A stretch of 64,000 nucleotides of DNA, from assembly GCA_951406725.2 (NCBI GenBank), contig OX597827.1, forward strand, positions 49,228,001 to 49,292,000, given 5' to 3'. Shown piece by piece: positions 39,988-52,614 of the stretch. Every line of letters starts with the position of its first letter. The stretch's first letter is position 1. The notes below the pieces were generated by a model that saw only the letters and a program-made list of their open reading frames with translations, did no database searches and was not told the DNA's origin. Position numbers and translations under genes: made by a program. The DNA comes from Octopus vulgaris. Its lineage: Eukaryota.

Positions 39988-40091
39988 AATATTATTAACA
40001 GTGACGTCGAAGTTTTGGTCATTTAAGCCATTGTCGGTCTGTCTGATGATAGCTTAAGTGGCCGGAACTTTGAAGTCGCTGACATTATTCT
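39988..40091. repeat. Inverted repeat made of two divergent, decayed hammerhead motifs
   Basis: Plus arm CTGATGATAGCTTAAGTGGCCGGAACTTTGAAGTC; minus arm CCGACAATGGCTTAAATGACCAAAACTTCGACGTC. Confidence 0.7.
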
Positions 40092-40218
40092 TATTTAGGG
40101 GTAATAAAATTGTACTTTAACAAAAGTAGAGAATAACCCATCAAATTAATGCGAAAATCGTTTTGTTATAACTGAACACAAAAAATCAGGCATTAATGTG
40201 TGTCTGTGTGTTTGTGTA

Positions 40219-41066
40219 TACGAGTGGGTACCCAAAAGTAAACAAAAGTAAACGGAATCGTTCTCTGTAGGATAAGTTCGTTGTAGTTCAGACGTCCACC
40301 GTTAGAAGCCAGTTGATGCGACTCTCAGGCATCAGTCTGCTAACCAGCGTTCTCCGGTCAGATCGTACAACTACATGATGCGTCTTTGTTTCGCAGTGCT
40401 TCTCCCCTGTTCATCGATTTTTGCTATGGCTGAAACGAAGGAACAGCGTGCTTCCGGAAAAATCTGTTTTTGAACTATGGCAGCTGTATCGGTGGCCGTT
40501 TTCCGAAACAGCTGCCATAGTTCAAACGGCTTACAAGGATGCCGTCATGGACAAAACACAAGTGTATGAGCAGTTTTCACGTTTTATGGATGGTCAGTTG
40601 CCGCTTGAAGACCAACCTCGTTCAGGCCGACCGTCGACCTCCCGAACGAATAAAAGCATCAGGAAAATTAGATGACCGTCACCGAACAATTGACGAACTT
40701 GATATAACTGGTGTGTCCCGCACTTCCTGCCAACGAATTTTAGGTGAGGATTTGCGAATGAAAATAGTTGTTGTGTCTCGCTTGCTCACGGAAGATCAAA
40801 ACCATGGCACGATTGAATGCGTGACGAAATCTGGTGCTACGAAATTTTCAGATGTGGAAGAGGTGAAGAAAAAAAAATCGACGGAGGCGTTAAAAGGCAT
40901 CACTTCACAAGAGATCCAGCATGCTTCGAACAGTGGAAAATGCGCCTGGACCGATGCATTGCTTTAAATGGAGAATACTTTGAAGGCAATAAAAGTGTAA
41001 ACATGTATAACTAAGTGAATAAAATAATATTGCAAAATTCCGGTTTCTTTGATGTATCCCCTTGTA
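40219..41066 (+). mobile_element. Internally deleted mariner element with both TIRs
   Basis: SETAAIVQTAYKDAVMDKTQVYEQFSRFMDGQLPLEDQPRSGRPSTS and CFEQWKMRLDRCIALNGEYFEG; ends TACGAGTGGGTACCCAAAAGTAA and CCGGTTTCTTTGATGTATCCCCTTGTA; the catalytic DDD region is missing. Confidence 0.88.
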
Positions 41067-41067
41067 T

Positions 41068-41098
<31 letters not shown>

Positions 41099-41414
41099 TA
41101 AGGGATTCAAGATTTGCATGTCAACTACTTCGTGTTTCGTTCCAAATCCGACACCCACTCTTGCGATAGCGAAAATCCGCGAAGTAGAAACAGTTCTGTA
41201 CTGTATATATATATATTTTAATAATTTGTAGATATTTAAGAAGCAGCACACAACAGTTTTAGTAGTACATATATATTGTTATTTAAAACAGTTTCATTCA
41301 GTACCATGCAACCCGTCACAAGAACCTAGCTGGTCGAACGCCGCTCGTTGAACTACGGCTCTGTGGGGAGCCTATGGTACTTTCCGTTGGTTAGGGCCGA
41401 ATCCAACTGTTTAA

Positions 41415-41612
41415 ATAATAATAATAATAATAATAATAATGGTCTCAAATTTTGGCACACGGTCAGCAATTTAACTGGTACTTATTTAATGGACCTCGAA
41501 AGGATGAAAGACAAAGTCGACCTCGGCGGAATTTGAACTCAGAAGTAGTGGCAGACGAAATACCGCTCAGTTTTTCGCCTGGCGTGCTAAAGATTTTGCC
41601 AGCTCCCCGCCT
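41415..41612 (-). mobile_element. Family B SINE with (TAT)n tail
   Basis: AAGGATGAAAGACAAAGTCGACCTCGGCGGAATTTGAACTCAGAA...TGCCAGCTCCCCGCC. Confidence 0.88.
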
Positions 41613-41640
41613 TAATAACAATTAGAAGAAAAATTATATA

Positions 41641-41718
<78 letters not shown>

Positions 41719-41844
41719 AGCGACCAAATGTGAATAGGAGTAGAGAATATATTTCAACAACATACTGTATTTGTGAATGGTTTATACGTGCTGTAGATCA
41801 GTATGCACGCGCACGCGCTTGTCAGGGCGCGCTTGAGACATCTT

Positions 41845-42047
41845 TACTGTATTTTACTCGTTTCAGTCATTTGATTGCGGCCATGATGGAGCACCGCCTT
41901 TAATCGAGCAACTCGACCTCGGGACTTATTCTTTGTAAGCCCAGTACTTATTCTATCGGTCTCTTTTGCCGAACCCGCTAAGTGACGGGGACATATCGGT
42001 TGTCAAGCAATGCTAGGGGGACAAACATAGACACACAAACATACACG

Positions 42048-42081
<34 letters not shown>

Positions 42082-42548
42082 AATAAATGAAAGAATGGAG
42101 TTGAATGACGAATAAATATATGTGTGCGTATAAATATACATACGTGTGTTTCGAAGGCTGCATATTCCTAATTTCGAACGAATAAGGGCTGCAATATGCA
42201 GCTTTCGAAACATATGTCGAAAATAAAATAAAGGAATTTTGTTAATTCGTCGTTCAACTCCATTCTTTCATTTATTTGTATTTAAAAAAACACACAAATT
42301 TCCACACGATAGCACGTAATCTCTGCCCTAGGCATGTAGCTTCAACCGTGTTTTTCTGACGTGAATTTGCTACCCAGATATATATACATATATACGACGG
42401 GCTTCTTTCAGTTTCCGTCTATCAAATCCACTCACAAGGCTTTGGTCGGCCCGAGGCTATAGTAGAAAACACTTGCCAAGGTGCCACGCAGTGGAACTGA
42501 ACCCAGAACCATGTGGTTGGTAAACAAGCTACCTACCACACAGCTACT
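41845..42548 (-). mobile_element. Family A SINE split by an insertion in its internal (TA)n
   Basis: Tail half at 41845-42050 and head half at 42390-42548, with unrelated sequence at ~42077-42378 between them. Confidence 0.85.
42077..42281. mobile_element. Hairpin Penelope-type terminal element (inverted tails around a hammerhead stem II)
   Basis: Outer arms ATACAAATAAATGAAAGAATGGAGTTGAATGACGAAT and ATTCGTCGTTCAACTCCATTCTTTCATTTATTTGTAT; inner arms TGTTTCGAAGGCTGCATATT and AATATGCAGCTTTCGAAACA; GAAACATATGTC on the right. Confidence 0.8.
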
Positions 42549-42929
42549 CGTATATTAAGAATATCTATCTACCTATCAATCATATATATATATATATATG
42601 TATATCCTTAAAATCCTTTAAAATGTTTTAGCCCGAAGGCCGCGGCCATGCTGGGGCACCACCGATATATTAAATTGATAGCAACATACATATGTATATA
42701 ATTATATTAAGGGAGTAAGGGCGAAAACGGCATGCTTGAAGTGCAGATACCATCAAATAACTTTACCCGTGTACTCCTGTGCGTGTGCGTATATGTAATT
42801 GTGTGCGTGCGTGCGTGTGTATGTATATGTTTATGCATGTGTACGTGTGTGTGCGCGCGCATGTATGTGTGTGTGTGTGTATGCATGTACGTACGTGTTG
42901 TGTGTGTGGTGTGTATGTAAGAGATATAT

Positions 42930-43160
42930 ATTTCTTTACTGCCCACAAGGGGCTAAACACAGAGGGGACTAACAAGGACAGACAAAGGGATTAAGTCGAT
43001 TATATCGACCCCAGTGTGTAACTGCTACTTATTTAATCGACCCAGAAAGGATGAAAGGTAAAGTCGACCTCGGCGGAATTTGAACTCAGAGCGTAACGGC
43101 AGACGAAATACGGCTACGCATTTCGCCCGGCGTGCTAACGTTTCTGCCAGCTCGCCGCCT
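42930..43160 (-). mobile_element. Young full-length family B SINE with a 14 bp TSD
   Basis: Reverse complement of the 37916 copy; TGTAAGAGATATAT at 42916-42929 and 43162-43175. Confidence 0.92.
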
Positions 43161-43385
43161 GTGTAAGAGATATATGAGCATTGATGCGTGCTCGTGCGTG
43201 TATTTGTACGTGTGTGTATATACGTAAGTGTGCGTGAGGTTGTGTTATGTGGACGCATATGTGCATTCCTGTGTGTGTGCGCGTGTATCCATGTATATGT
43301 ATGTATATGTATACACATTGTACCTCTGTTATCATCTTAATCTTGTTAGGTGTATAAATTGTATGCTTGTCTCTTTTGTCTTTGT

Positions 43386-43454
43386 TATCTTTCATACTTG
43401 TTTTTCCTTATTAAGCCTTGCTATCTTTCATATTTGTTTTTCCTTATTAAGCCT
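43386..43454. repeat. 36 bp tandem duplication
   Basis: TATCTTTCATAYTTGTTTTTCCTTATTAAGCCT twice. Confidence 0.85.
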
Positions 43455-43660
43455 ACTTCAGTCTTAGCCGTATTTATTAGGCAACAACAAGGTTTTCCTT
43501 CTGATGTCTGTTTTGCGATCTTTTAATGATCTTAACGATTCTCGCTTTTAGCTTCACGTGCTATTGTTATCCATCGTTGTTTTCAGGTTGTAAACATAGC
43601 GTCCTCATTGATAACGTTATGAGTTTTCGTATTTGCTTATAAACTCCTTCCCCACCGAAT

Positions 43661-43695
<35 letters not shown>

Positions 43696-43799
43696 CATAT
43701 ATACACGCATATGTATATATATGAGAGAGAGAGAGACAGACAGACAGATACACGCACATATAGATAGATCGATAGATAGATAGATACGTATATGTAAGC

Positions 43800-43886
43800 A
43801 TATATATGTATATATATACTTATATATGCATATATATATATATTTATATATATATACATTATATTATATATACATTTATTTATATA

Positions 43887-43958
<72 letters not shown>

Positions 43959-43964
43959 TATATA

Positions 43965-44013
<49 letters not shown>

Positions 44014-44301
44014 TATTTATATAAATATATTTATATATATATATATATTTATTTATTTATATAAATATATTATATATATATATATATTTATTTATTTATT
44101 TATATAAAATATATATATATATATATATATATTTATTTATTTATATAAATATATTTATATATATATATATTTATTTATTTATATATATATATTTATATAT
44201 ATATATATATATTTATTTATTTATTTATATAAATATATTTATATATATATATATATTTATTTATTTATATAAATATATTTATATATATATATATATTTAT
44301 A

Positions 44302-44336
<35 letters not shown>

Positions 44337-44515
44337 TTATTTATATAAATATATATTTATATATATATATATATATTTATTTATTTATATATATATATTT
44401 ATATATATATATATATATTTATTTATATTATATATTTATTTATATATATATTTATTATATATATATATATATATATTATATTTATATATATATATTTATA
44501 TATATATATATATAT

Positions 44516-44593
<78 letters not shown>
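43800..44593. repeat. ~0.8 kb (TA)n array with TTTA/TAAA interruptions
   Basis: Direct reading. Confidence 0.97.
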
Positions 44594-44595
<2 letters not shown>

Positions 44596-45119
44596 AACAA
44601 GATATTATTATGTTAATCTACTTGATACGACCATTCCCATATAGATATAAAAATATTTTAGTATATTAGCGTGTCACCGTGTATTAATGTTTATCTAAGT
44701 GAGTATGAGGAAGTACGTCATTGTGTGTGTGTGTGTATTCTTATTTCATCATATTATTTTTGAGAACTTACTTTCACATCAGCAATCCAAGAGATATTCT
44801 TAATACCCGAATCATACCCCCCCCCCCCTTATATATTTACTCTCGTTTATTTGTTTCCTTTGTTCTTCGCAAATTATCGAAAACTCTTTTGAGTCTTGTC
44901 TTGATGATCGTTAATGTAGCAATAACGGTTTCACTCATAATGAGTGAAATCACCATGCAGAAGGAAGAAGCGTAAAGTATGTAGCCAGCTCTATTGCCTT
45001 GTATACCGTGCAAAGACCCATTTGTGTATCTGTGTGTGTGAGAGAGAGAGAGAGAGAGACGAACGGACGGACGAACTAGACAGAGGAGGAAAAGTACATC
45101 AAATGTATATAATCATTTA

Positions 45120-45500
45120 TTTATTTCAGTCGTTCGTCTGTGACCATGCTAGAGCACAACATTTTAGGGTCGGTCGAAAAAATAGACTTCAGTACGAAGT
45201 TTGGCGCTTATTTTATCGGTTCAGTTTACGGAACCGTTAGTTTATGGGGTGTAAGCGAACCAACGTAGGTTGTCAAGCCCTAGAGAGACAAGGAGAAAGA
45301 CAGTCACACTCAAATATACACAGATAGATAGATAGATAGAGAGAGAGCGATGCAATATACAAAGGGCTTCCGTCTACCAAATTAATTCATAAAGCATTAA
45401 TAGGTTTGGTGCTATAGTAAAAGATATTACCCAAGGTGCCACGCGCTATGACTAAACCCGAAACCACATGGTTACAAACCGAACTTCATAAACTTACAGC
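45120..45500 (-). mobile_element. Family A SINE, degenerate
   Basis: TTTCAGTC...GACCATGCTAGAGCAC...CCGTCTACCAAAT...CCCAAGGTGCCACGC...AAACCACATGGTT. Confidence 0.75.
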
Positions 45501-45619
45501 ATTTCTATATATTTTTTAGGAATCTTATTGATTTTTAAAAACCATTACTATTAGCAATATAATTTTCATATTATTTCCTATAATATATAATTATCATATT
45601 AGTTCCCGTCAAATACTGG

Positions 45620-46140
45620 AAGCAATCGATTTTATCGACTAATCCATTCCCCTAAAAATTACTGACCTTGTGCCTAAATCATAAGCCATTAAGTACAGCG
45701 AGGTAGCAGAATCATTACCATACACTAACGATTCTGCTTTACGTTCCAGCTTTAAGTTCCGCCAAGGTCGACTTTGTCTTTTATCCTTTCGGAGCCCATG
45801 AAATAAGTACCAGATAAATACAGGGGTCGATGTAATCGACAACACACCTACTCCCAATTTCCAGGCCTTGTCTGTAATAGATTGGATTACTGACGAGCCG
45901 ACAGAATCGTTAGCATTCCAGGGCAACACGCTTAGCAGCATTTCGTCTGTCTCAATGTTCCGAGTTCAAATTCACCGAGGTCGTCTTTGACTTTCATCCC
46001 TTTCGGGTCGATTAATTAAGTACAAGTTGATCACTCGAATCGATACAATCGACTTACCTCCTGCACCGAACTCGCAGATCGTGTACCAAAATTTGAAACC
46101 ATTATTATTATTATTATTATTATTATTATCATTATTATTA
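45620..46140 (+). mobile_element. Tandem degenerate family B SINEs
   Basis: Two GGTCGWCTTTG.CTTT.ATCC cores at ~45765 and ~45980, with an (ATT)n tail. Confidence 0.75.
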
Positions 46141-46838
46141 ACGCTACCACTACTACTATTGATGACAAAATTAATGATCGTGATGGTTATTGTGGAGCCA
46201 CTTCTCGGTTCCCAGGTTTCCAGGAATCCGTACAGCAGAGATGATAAGTGAACAAACATAGAAAAAATACGTGTTCTACTTGGAGACTACTTGTGTGTCA
46301 GTTAGCAAAATCATATTTCATTTCCTGTGCAACCAGTGAAATATTCGTATTCATTAAATAACACTAAACGCCCAAACAAACCGCCTCTCTTCACACTCAG
46401 CTACCACACATCTCAACACTTCTTCCCTACATTGGTTCAATATGTCAACTTGTTTGTTAGGCAGACAAATTGGTGTTATAAACCAACCCACCCCGCTACA
46501 TACCACTTTTGAAACTCAACACCTCCTCCATATTCTCCCATAATTCGTTTTCTTTCATTCGTTTCTTCTTTCTTCTCTTCACCCACTTAATCTTCTTGAA
46601 AAAAAAAATCTTTCTCGATACCATCCTTATCATTCATCTTTTGTTTTTCTCACTGTTGCTGTCATTAATTATTTACCAAGATTTCGTCTCTAAATTCCAT
46701 TGTTCAGAGTTTCAAATCTCGCAGAAGTGATTTTTACGCTATAAGCCTATCTTATTTGAAGAAATTGTATATCAAAAACTATTATTGAACTAATGAGCTC
46801 TGCGATTCAACCGAACGTTGGCTGAACAAGAAGAAGAA

Positions 46839-46874
<36 letters not shown>

Positions 46875-48397
46875 CATTATCATGTTTTTCCTTCTTTCTT
46901 CAGATTTTTTTCCGTTTCTCGCCGAGTGTTTTCCATACACCTAGGGCAGAAATTATTATTATCATTATTATTATCATTATTATTATTATTATTATCATCA
47001 TCATCATTATTATTATTATTATTCACCTTATAGCAAATGTCCTAGATATAAAACAGCATTTAAATGACAGCAACGTTGTCTTGCAAATGGAGCAGCTGCT
47101 ATTCTGAACTAGAAGTTTTAAATTGTTATCCCTCAGTGTATCTGACAAGATACTTGAACAGATTTATAGATGATTCGTGTTCTGTTACAGATGTGACTCG
47201 TGCTGCGTTCGACCCTTGGTTGATGCTGCATCAGTCTAGTTTCGGTTATATATATCCCATGTGTAATATATTCATCCCATGTGTAGATAAAAACATGTGT
47301 CAACACAGATGCCTCTGCTTAGTCTCTACCTGCTAGAAATGAGGATCAAATCTCACTGAAATTTAAACTACCTTCTAAAATATGGATGGTCGTATTAGCT
47401 AACGTAAGCCATGATACTTATCTAAGAGGGAAAAGCAGAATGGTCTCGTAGAATGATCTTCCACCCTCGAATAACAGTCGAACGATGGAACGTTACTACA
47501 AGTAATCAATTGGTTTTGATGTTTTCGTTATTATCATTACTGCTGCTGCTAACTCGCTCATCCTGTTTTATAAGATATTAAAAGATACATACATCGAAGG
47601 ATAGGCGCCGAGTTTAATTATTTTGTATCTTTCGAAAATTCTCTATTAATGGATAAATTCCGTATTAAGTCAACTTTTGAATTGTTTAATATCCTGTAAC
47701 ACCTGTATATAATAATTGCGGATATAAACGTTGGTTGGTTGGTTGGTTGGTTGGTTGGTTGGCTGATTTCTCTGGTCACGCTTTACAGCGTTGAAAATAG
47801 AGAGGGAAGTGAAAGTAAAAGAGGGATACAGAGAGAGTTAACAATAGGTGCAAGATAAGTGCTTATTCAATTTGGAGCCCTGTCAACTATTTTGATTCTT
47901 ATAATTTTATTAAAAATAGAGGTTTTTACGAAGAATTTTAGAGACATGTTCTCGATGATATTGTTGATGAAATTTACTAAAAGTACAACATATTTACTAC
48001 ACCTATACAAACGTGAGATTTGTTTAATTTTCAAAGGAGAAAATATTTTCTACATGTCAATAAAATTAAATGAGTCTTCATCCCATCATTTTCTATAAGC
48101 ACCAAGAAATTTGATAAATTACAATTATTGCACCTTTGCGATATTTCCTGATATTATCCATGCTGGCAAATGGGTGTTTCCAAAGTTACCCCTCATATGA
48201 TGGTTAACACTCTAGTACTATATCATTGAATAAATCCTTGGGTTTTTAAAAACTATACAACTCAAAATAAAATATTGGTTATCTCATAGAACTTACTACT
48301 TTGGGAAAAGTTCTCTTAAGGGCGTGGCATCAATAAAATGGATACTGGTATTTGCATCACCGTGGCAATGTTATCAAAACATATAAAATAGATTATC

Positions 48398-48830
48398 AGG
48401 CATGGCTGTGTGGTAAGCAGTTTACGTCCCAACCACATGGTTCCGTTTTCAGTTTCAGTGCGAGGCACCTTGGGTAATTCTCTTCTACTATAGCCTTGTA
48501 GATGACCAAGCTTTTTTAATTAACTTGGTACACGGAAACAAGACGCTAGTGTTGTATAAATGTGTGTGTGTGTTTGTGTGTGTGTCATTGTGTGTGCCTG
48601 TTTATCTATGTGCGTGTTTTCATATGTTTAACTTTGTCTTTGTGCCCCACTACCACTTGACAACTGGTGTTGGTTTCTTTATGTCTCCATAAGTTAGTTG
48701 TTTGTCAAGAGAAACCGATACAATAAATACCTGGCTTTAAAAAATAAGGGCAGAGTCGAGTTGTTCGACTAGACCCTTCGAGACGGTGCTCCAGCATGAC
48801 TGCAATTAAATGACTGAAACAAGTAAAAGA
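48398..48830 (+). mobile_element. Family A SINE, full length
   Basis: AGGCATGGCTGTGTGGTAAG...GGCACCTTGGG...CGGTGCTCCAGCATGACTGCAATTAAATGACTGAAACAAGTAAAAGA. Confidence 0.85.
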
Positions 48831-48948
48831 TAAACGATAATTCTGTCACTTTTCTGTCCTACGATGTTATCACTGAATTCATTTGAGGTTTCATCGTCTA
48901 CATCACCGACGTCTATAATGTCAAGTGTGCATACACACACACATACAC

Positions 48949-48985
<37 letters not shown>

Positions 48986-49016
48986 TATACATATATATAC
49001 ACATACACACACGCAC

Positions 49017-49050
<34 letters not shown>

Positions 49051-49057
<7 letters not shown>

Positions 49058-49187
49058 GGACATTACTATACATAAATGTCTCACGCTAGGAGGGACACTT
49101 ACATTCAAAACTACCATATATTACGATAGTTTCGAATGTAAGTCCCTCCTGGCGCGAGGCTTTTATGTATAGTAATGCCCTTAATAT
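49051..49187. mobile_element. Almost fully palindromic ~135 bp MITE
   Basis: ATTAAGGACATTACTATACATAAATGTCTCACGCTAGGAGGGACACTTACATTCAAAACTA matches the reverse complement of TAGTTTCGAATGTAAGTCCCTCCTGGCGCGAGGCTTTTATGTATAGTAATGCCCTTAAT; TTAA at both ends. Confidence 0.9.
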
Positions 49188-49605
49188 AAATATATATATT
49201 TAAGAGGAATAATTTATGGATTTTCCCTTATGAAGTTTTTCACGCTACTTGATAAATTCTTATAAAGATTTTATCCTATTTTTCAATTATATACATGTGT
49301 GTGTGTGTGTGAGTACTGTTTTTGTGCATATTTCCTTTTATCTAATCGAAGAACCATGTTTATGTCTTTGCAGATTTCTCTTTTACTTAGTCTGTAAAAA
49401 TGATGCCAGGCTTGTTTGCCGTGATCGTTTTAATGTCGTTTCATTGAGCTGCTTATATAAATGGTGTCTTGATCATGATTGCAGGCTGGATCAATGTTGT
49501 GGTTGCATCATATACCTAAGCTCAGGGAACATATTTTTTACCAAATTTAGTTAGTAGACGTATAGGCATAGCATCTTACTTACGTTCTCTCCCCTTCTCT
49601 CCCCA

Positions 49606-49640
<35 letters not shown>

Positions 49641-49645
<5 letters not shown>

Positions 49646-49880
49646 GAATTTAGAAAGAAAACAAAAGACGAAGACGAGTGTATAAACAACAAACACATGT
49701 ATTAGTTTAATGCTCAGGAAGTGAGAAAGTCTTTTATGTTTCGAGCCTACGCTCTTCGACAGAAAGGAACACAGAAATAAACAGGGAGAGAAAATAAAAA
49801 AAGGTTTAGTGGCTAGCAATCTAACATGGCGAATGCCGGACAGGGAGGGGCGCACAGGAGGGCTAGGAAGAAGTGGGGAT
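49641..49880 (-). mobile_element. Hammerhead-bearing mini-element (CUGUCGA family), longest copy
   Basis: Minus strand CTTT-CTGTCGA-A-GAGC-GTAG-GCTC-GAAACATA-AAAG at 49766-49731, the same tail, and TA-repeat at both ends. Confidence 0.8.
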
Positions 49881-50319
49881 ATATATAATTATGTTCTGTT
49901 ATGAGTACTCAGCGGAGATCATTATTATAACATATGGCGATACAGTCACAAATCTCTTCATGATGTCCGATATATACGTTGGCATATTGGTTGGTTGATT
50001 TCTCTAGTCACTCTTTACATCGTATAGAAAGAGAAGAGAGTAAATGGAGAGTGTGAGTAGAAGCGGTTCAGGACGAATGTCTTGTAACGTTCAGAAAAAA
50101 TATACATAATCTGTAACATTTTGCAGAGACATTAGAAAAATAATAACGTATTGCAAAGATACAAAAAGAAATTTATTTATTTAATTATATTTTACAGTAA
50201 AAATTCTCTTTTACAAAATTAGTATTCATTTCACCAATTCTTATAAGCTTATAAGCTTTTAGGTATTTGATAGAAGTTAAATTATAATTACCGTATGTTT
50301 TCCATGATTTTTTATATAT

Positions 50320-50719
50320 GGCGCTGGATTAACGATTAAACAGAATAAGCACGTGCTCAGAGCTTCAACGACGTGTGGCACCACAAAAATGATAACTGGT
50401 TTAGGACACAAAAGAAATCACTTTAGACTTGCTAAAATATTATTCGATGTGGTTTATATGATCGGAAATATAATTTCAAAGTGTTTATAGTGATCAAAGA
50501 ATTTTCAATTAAGAAAAAAAGTAAGAGAAAAGTTTTCAAATATAAAGTGGAAGTATACAAAAATATACATTATTTTTCAACTTACTGTTGTTTTCGTTTC
50601 ATTTTGAAAGCTAAAAAATTATTTTATGGCTTATTACTCTTTGCTTTAAATTATATACACATAGGAGCAGTAAAATATTTTATGAAGTTAGGGCCTCTAT
50701 CGGTCTTAATCCAACCCTA
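50320..50719. mobile_element. Possible hAT-type non-autonomous element
   Basis: Ends GGCGCTGGATTAA and TTAATCCAACCCT resemble CAGGGCCGGATTAA-type TIRs; no TSD confirmed. Confidence 0.5.
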
Positions 50720-51444
50720 CTGATATTACTCACGATTTCAAAAGTATACCTCCAAAGGTAGCCATCACGTGACGGATAACATTCTAGTACTGATATAAAA
50801 CAGTTGAACTAAAACGCTGATATGGAAGTACTTATCATGTATAAAGTTCCTTTTCTTTTTTGTTTTCTTTGCTTTGCCATCGCTTTTAAGGTAGATTGAA
50901 ATAAATACCAGTAATATACCAATTGTATTTAAGTCGATAAAACCATCCGAAAAAGTCAGTGACCAACAGTATGACATGCAACGTGTCTGTTGTTTATCGT
51001 CTAAATTCAAAAGCTGGTGTAGATTGTTCATGGTTCAGTTAAGGGAAGGCAAGTTCTTAATTATGTCCAACGGAGCGTGAGTACGAAAAAGAGAAAAACA
51101 TGATGTTGATGTCCTGCTGAGACTAGTGCCATTGATTTATGCATTGGAGAATATATCATTAACGACATACGAATATCCAGGCGCAGGCGAATATATTCTG
51201 CTCTTGTAATTTGTCAAGTTATTGGATTCTAATATATTATAACAATATTAATGCTCAAGGCACATCATGGTTGCTTGTGAAACTTGAAAACTATTATCAA
51301 TTTACTCCTTATTCTTCTCCTCACTCCCACTATCTCACTCTCTCTTGTGCTTATTCTCACTTATATCTATATAATAGATAGATAGATAAGTAAATAGATA
51401 TATTTATAATTTTATCTATATGAATATATACATTCAAATAAGTT

Positions 51445-51475
<31 letters not shown>

Positions 51476-51509
51476 GCGTGTGTAAAATATATATCTCTAT
51501 TTCTCTTTA

Positions 51510-51578
<69 letters not shown>

Positions 51579-51646
51579 AGGTTGAAAAGGAACACACGAA
51601 AAAAGTCAAGGTAGAAAATGCTAAAATAATTTTATAAAAAACATTT

Positions 51647-51682
51647 CAGTACCGGTTTCAGCCATTGAGACTTTTTCAACTG
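51647..51682 (-). ncRNA. Minimal type I hammerhead, U3-A8 core variant
   Basis: CAG-UUGAAAA-AGUC-UCAAU-GGCU-GAAA-CCGG-UA-CUG: stem I CAG/CUG, stem II 4 bp, palindromic ACCGGU stem III, GUA site. Confidence 0.65.
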
Positions 51683-51821
51683 TAAGTACGGAAAACAATT
51701 AAATTTTGGAAAGACAGAGACAGGCATATGTGAAGGAAAATGTCCCTTGTATTTGAATACTATGCAAGTATTTTTTTAAATCTATTCTTTTAATTTTTCC
51801 AAAATTTGTTTTCTATACTTA

Positions 51822-51857
51822 CAGTTGAAAAAGTCTCAATGACTGAAACCGGTACAG
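51822..51857 (+). ncRNA. Minimal type I hammerhead, U3-A8 core variant (stem I mismatch)
   Basis: CAG-UUGAAAA-AGUC-UCAAU-GACU-GAAA-CCGG-UA-CAG. Confidence 0.55.
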
Positions 51858-52614
51858 AAATGTGTTTTTATAAAATTATTGTAGCATTTTCTACCTTGAC
51901 TTTTTCCATATATATATATATATACACTAAATGAGAAATACATTTCGAGAACTATCGACTTATAAACAGAATGATTTCGACACTATCAGCCCAACCAGCA
52001 GTTTCAAACAGCATGACGCTGTCACAGAATATCCGTATTATTTTGGTTCTGACTGCAGCACGTGTTTCCTCCTTGTCGCCATCACAGAGAACTATTTTAT
52101 GCCTAAGCAACACCAGCCATACAGCAAATAATTTGTTTCACCACTTCCTCAGGACTTTTTTCTTTGCTCTCAGCATTTTTAAACAGGCAGTCTGACATAT
52201 CCAGTATAAAGGTCTTCTCTCATACCTCATGCTATCCCTTTCTGGTCCAACGCATGTCACATATACGTAAATTTCTAACTTGTTCCACTTGAATCTAATT
52301 GCAAACCAACGGCTTTCATCGTCTGCGGAAAGTACTGTATATTATTTTCATTGTCTTACATAAGTCCTATGTCATGTCGGCCCCTCATTTTATGTAGACA
52401 TACATAAGTTGAGATTTCAAGGCATTTTAACTCAACAAGATCGTCTCTGCCATATCGACCATCCGCCGAATCCACCTGTATCTTCAAGTCACAAACAGAT
52501 GCGCGCGAGCGCACACACTTATGTGTGTGTGCGTGTGTTTGGGTGTGTGCGTGTGTTTGGGTGTGTGCGCATGGGTGTTTGGGTGTGTATATATATATAT
52601 ACATATACACACAC

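Larger units (their letters stand above)
51599..51907. mobile_element. Inverted-repeat element (~112 bp arms) with a hammerhead motif in each arm
   Basis: 51599-51712 is the reverse complement of 51796-51907 with few differences; flanked by (TG)n/(TA)n. Confidence 0.9.

Noticed and set aside
51930-52340. Possible RTE LINE remnant on the minus strand
   Set aside because: Only faint motif resemblance, too decayed to support.
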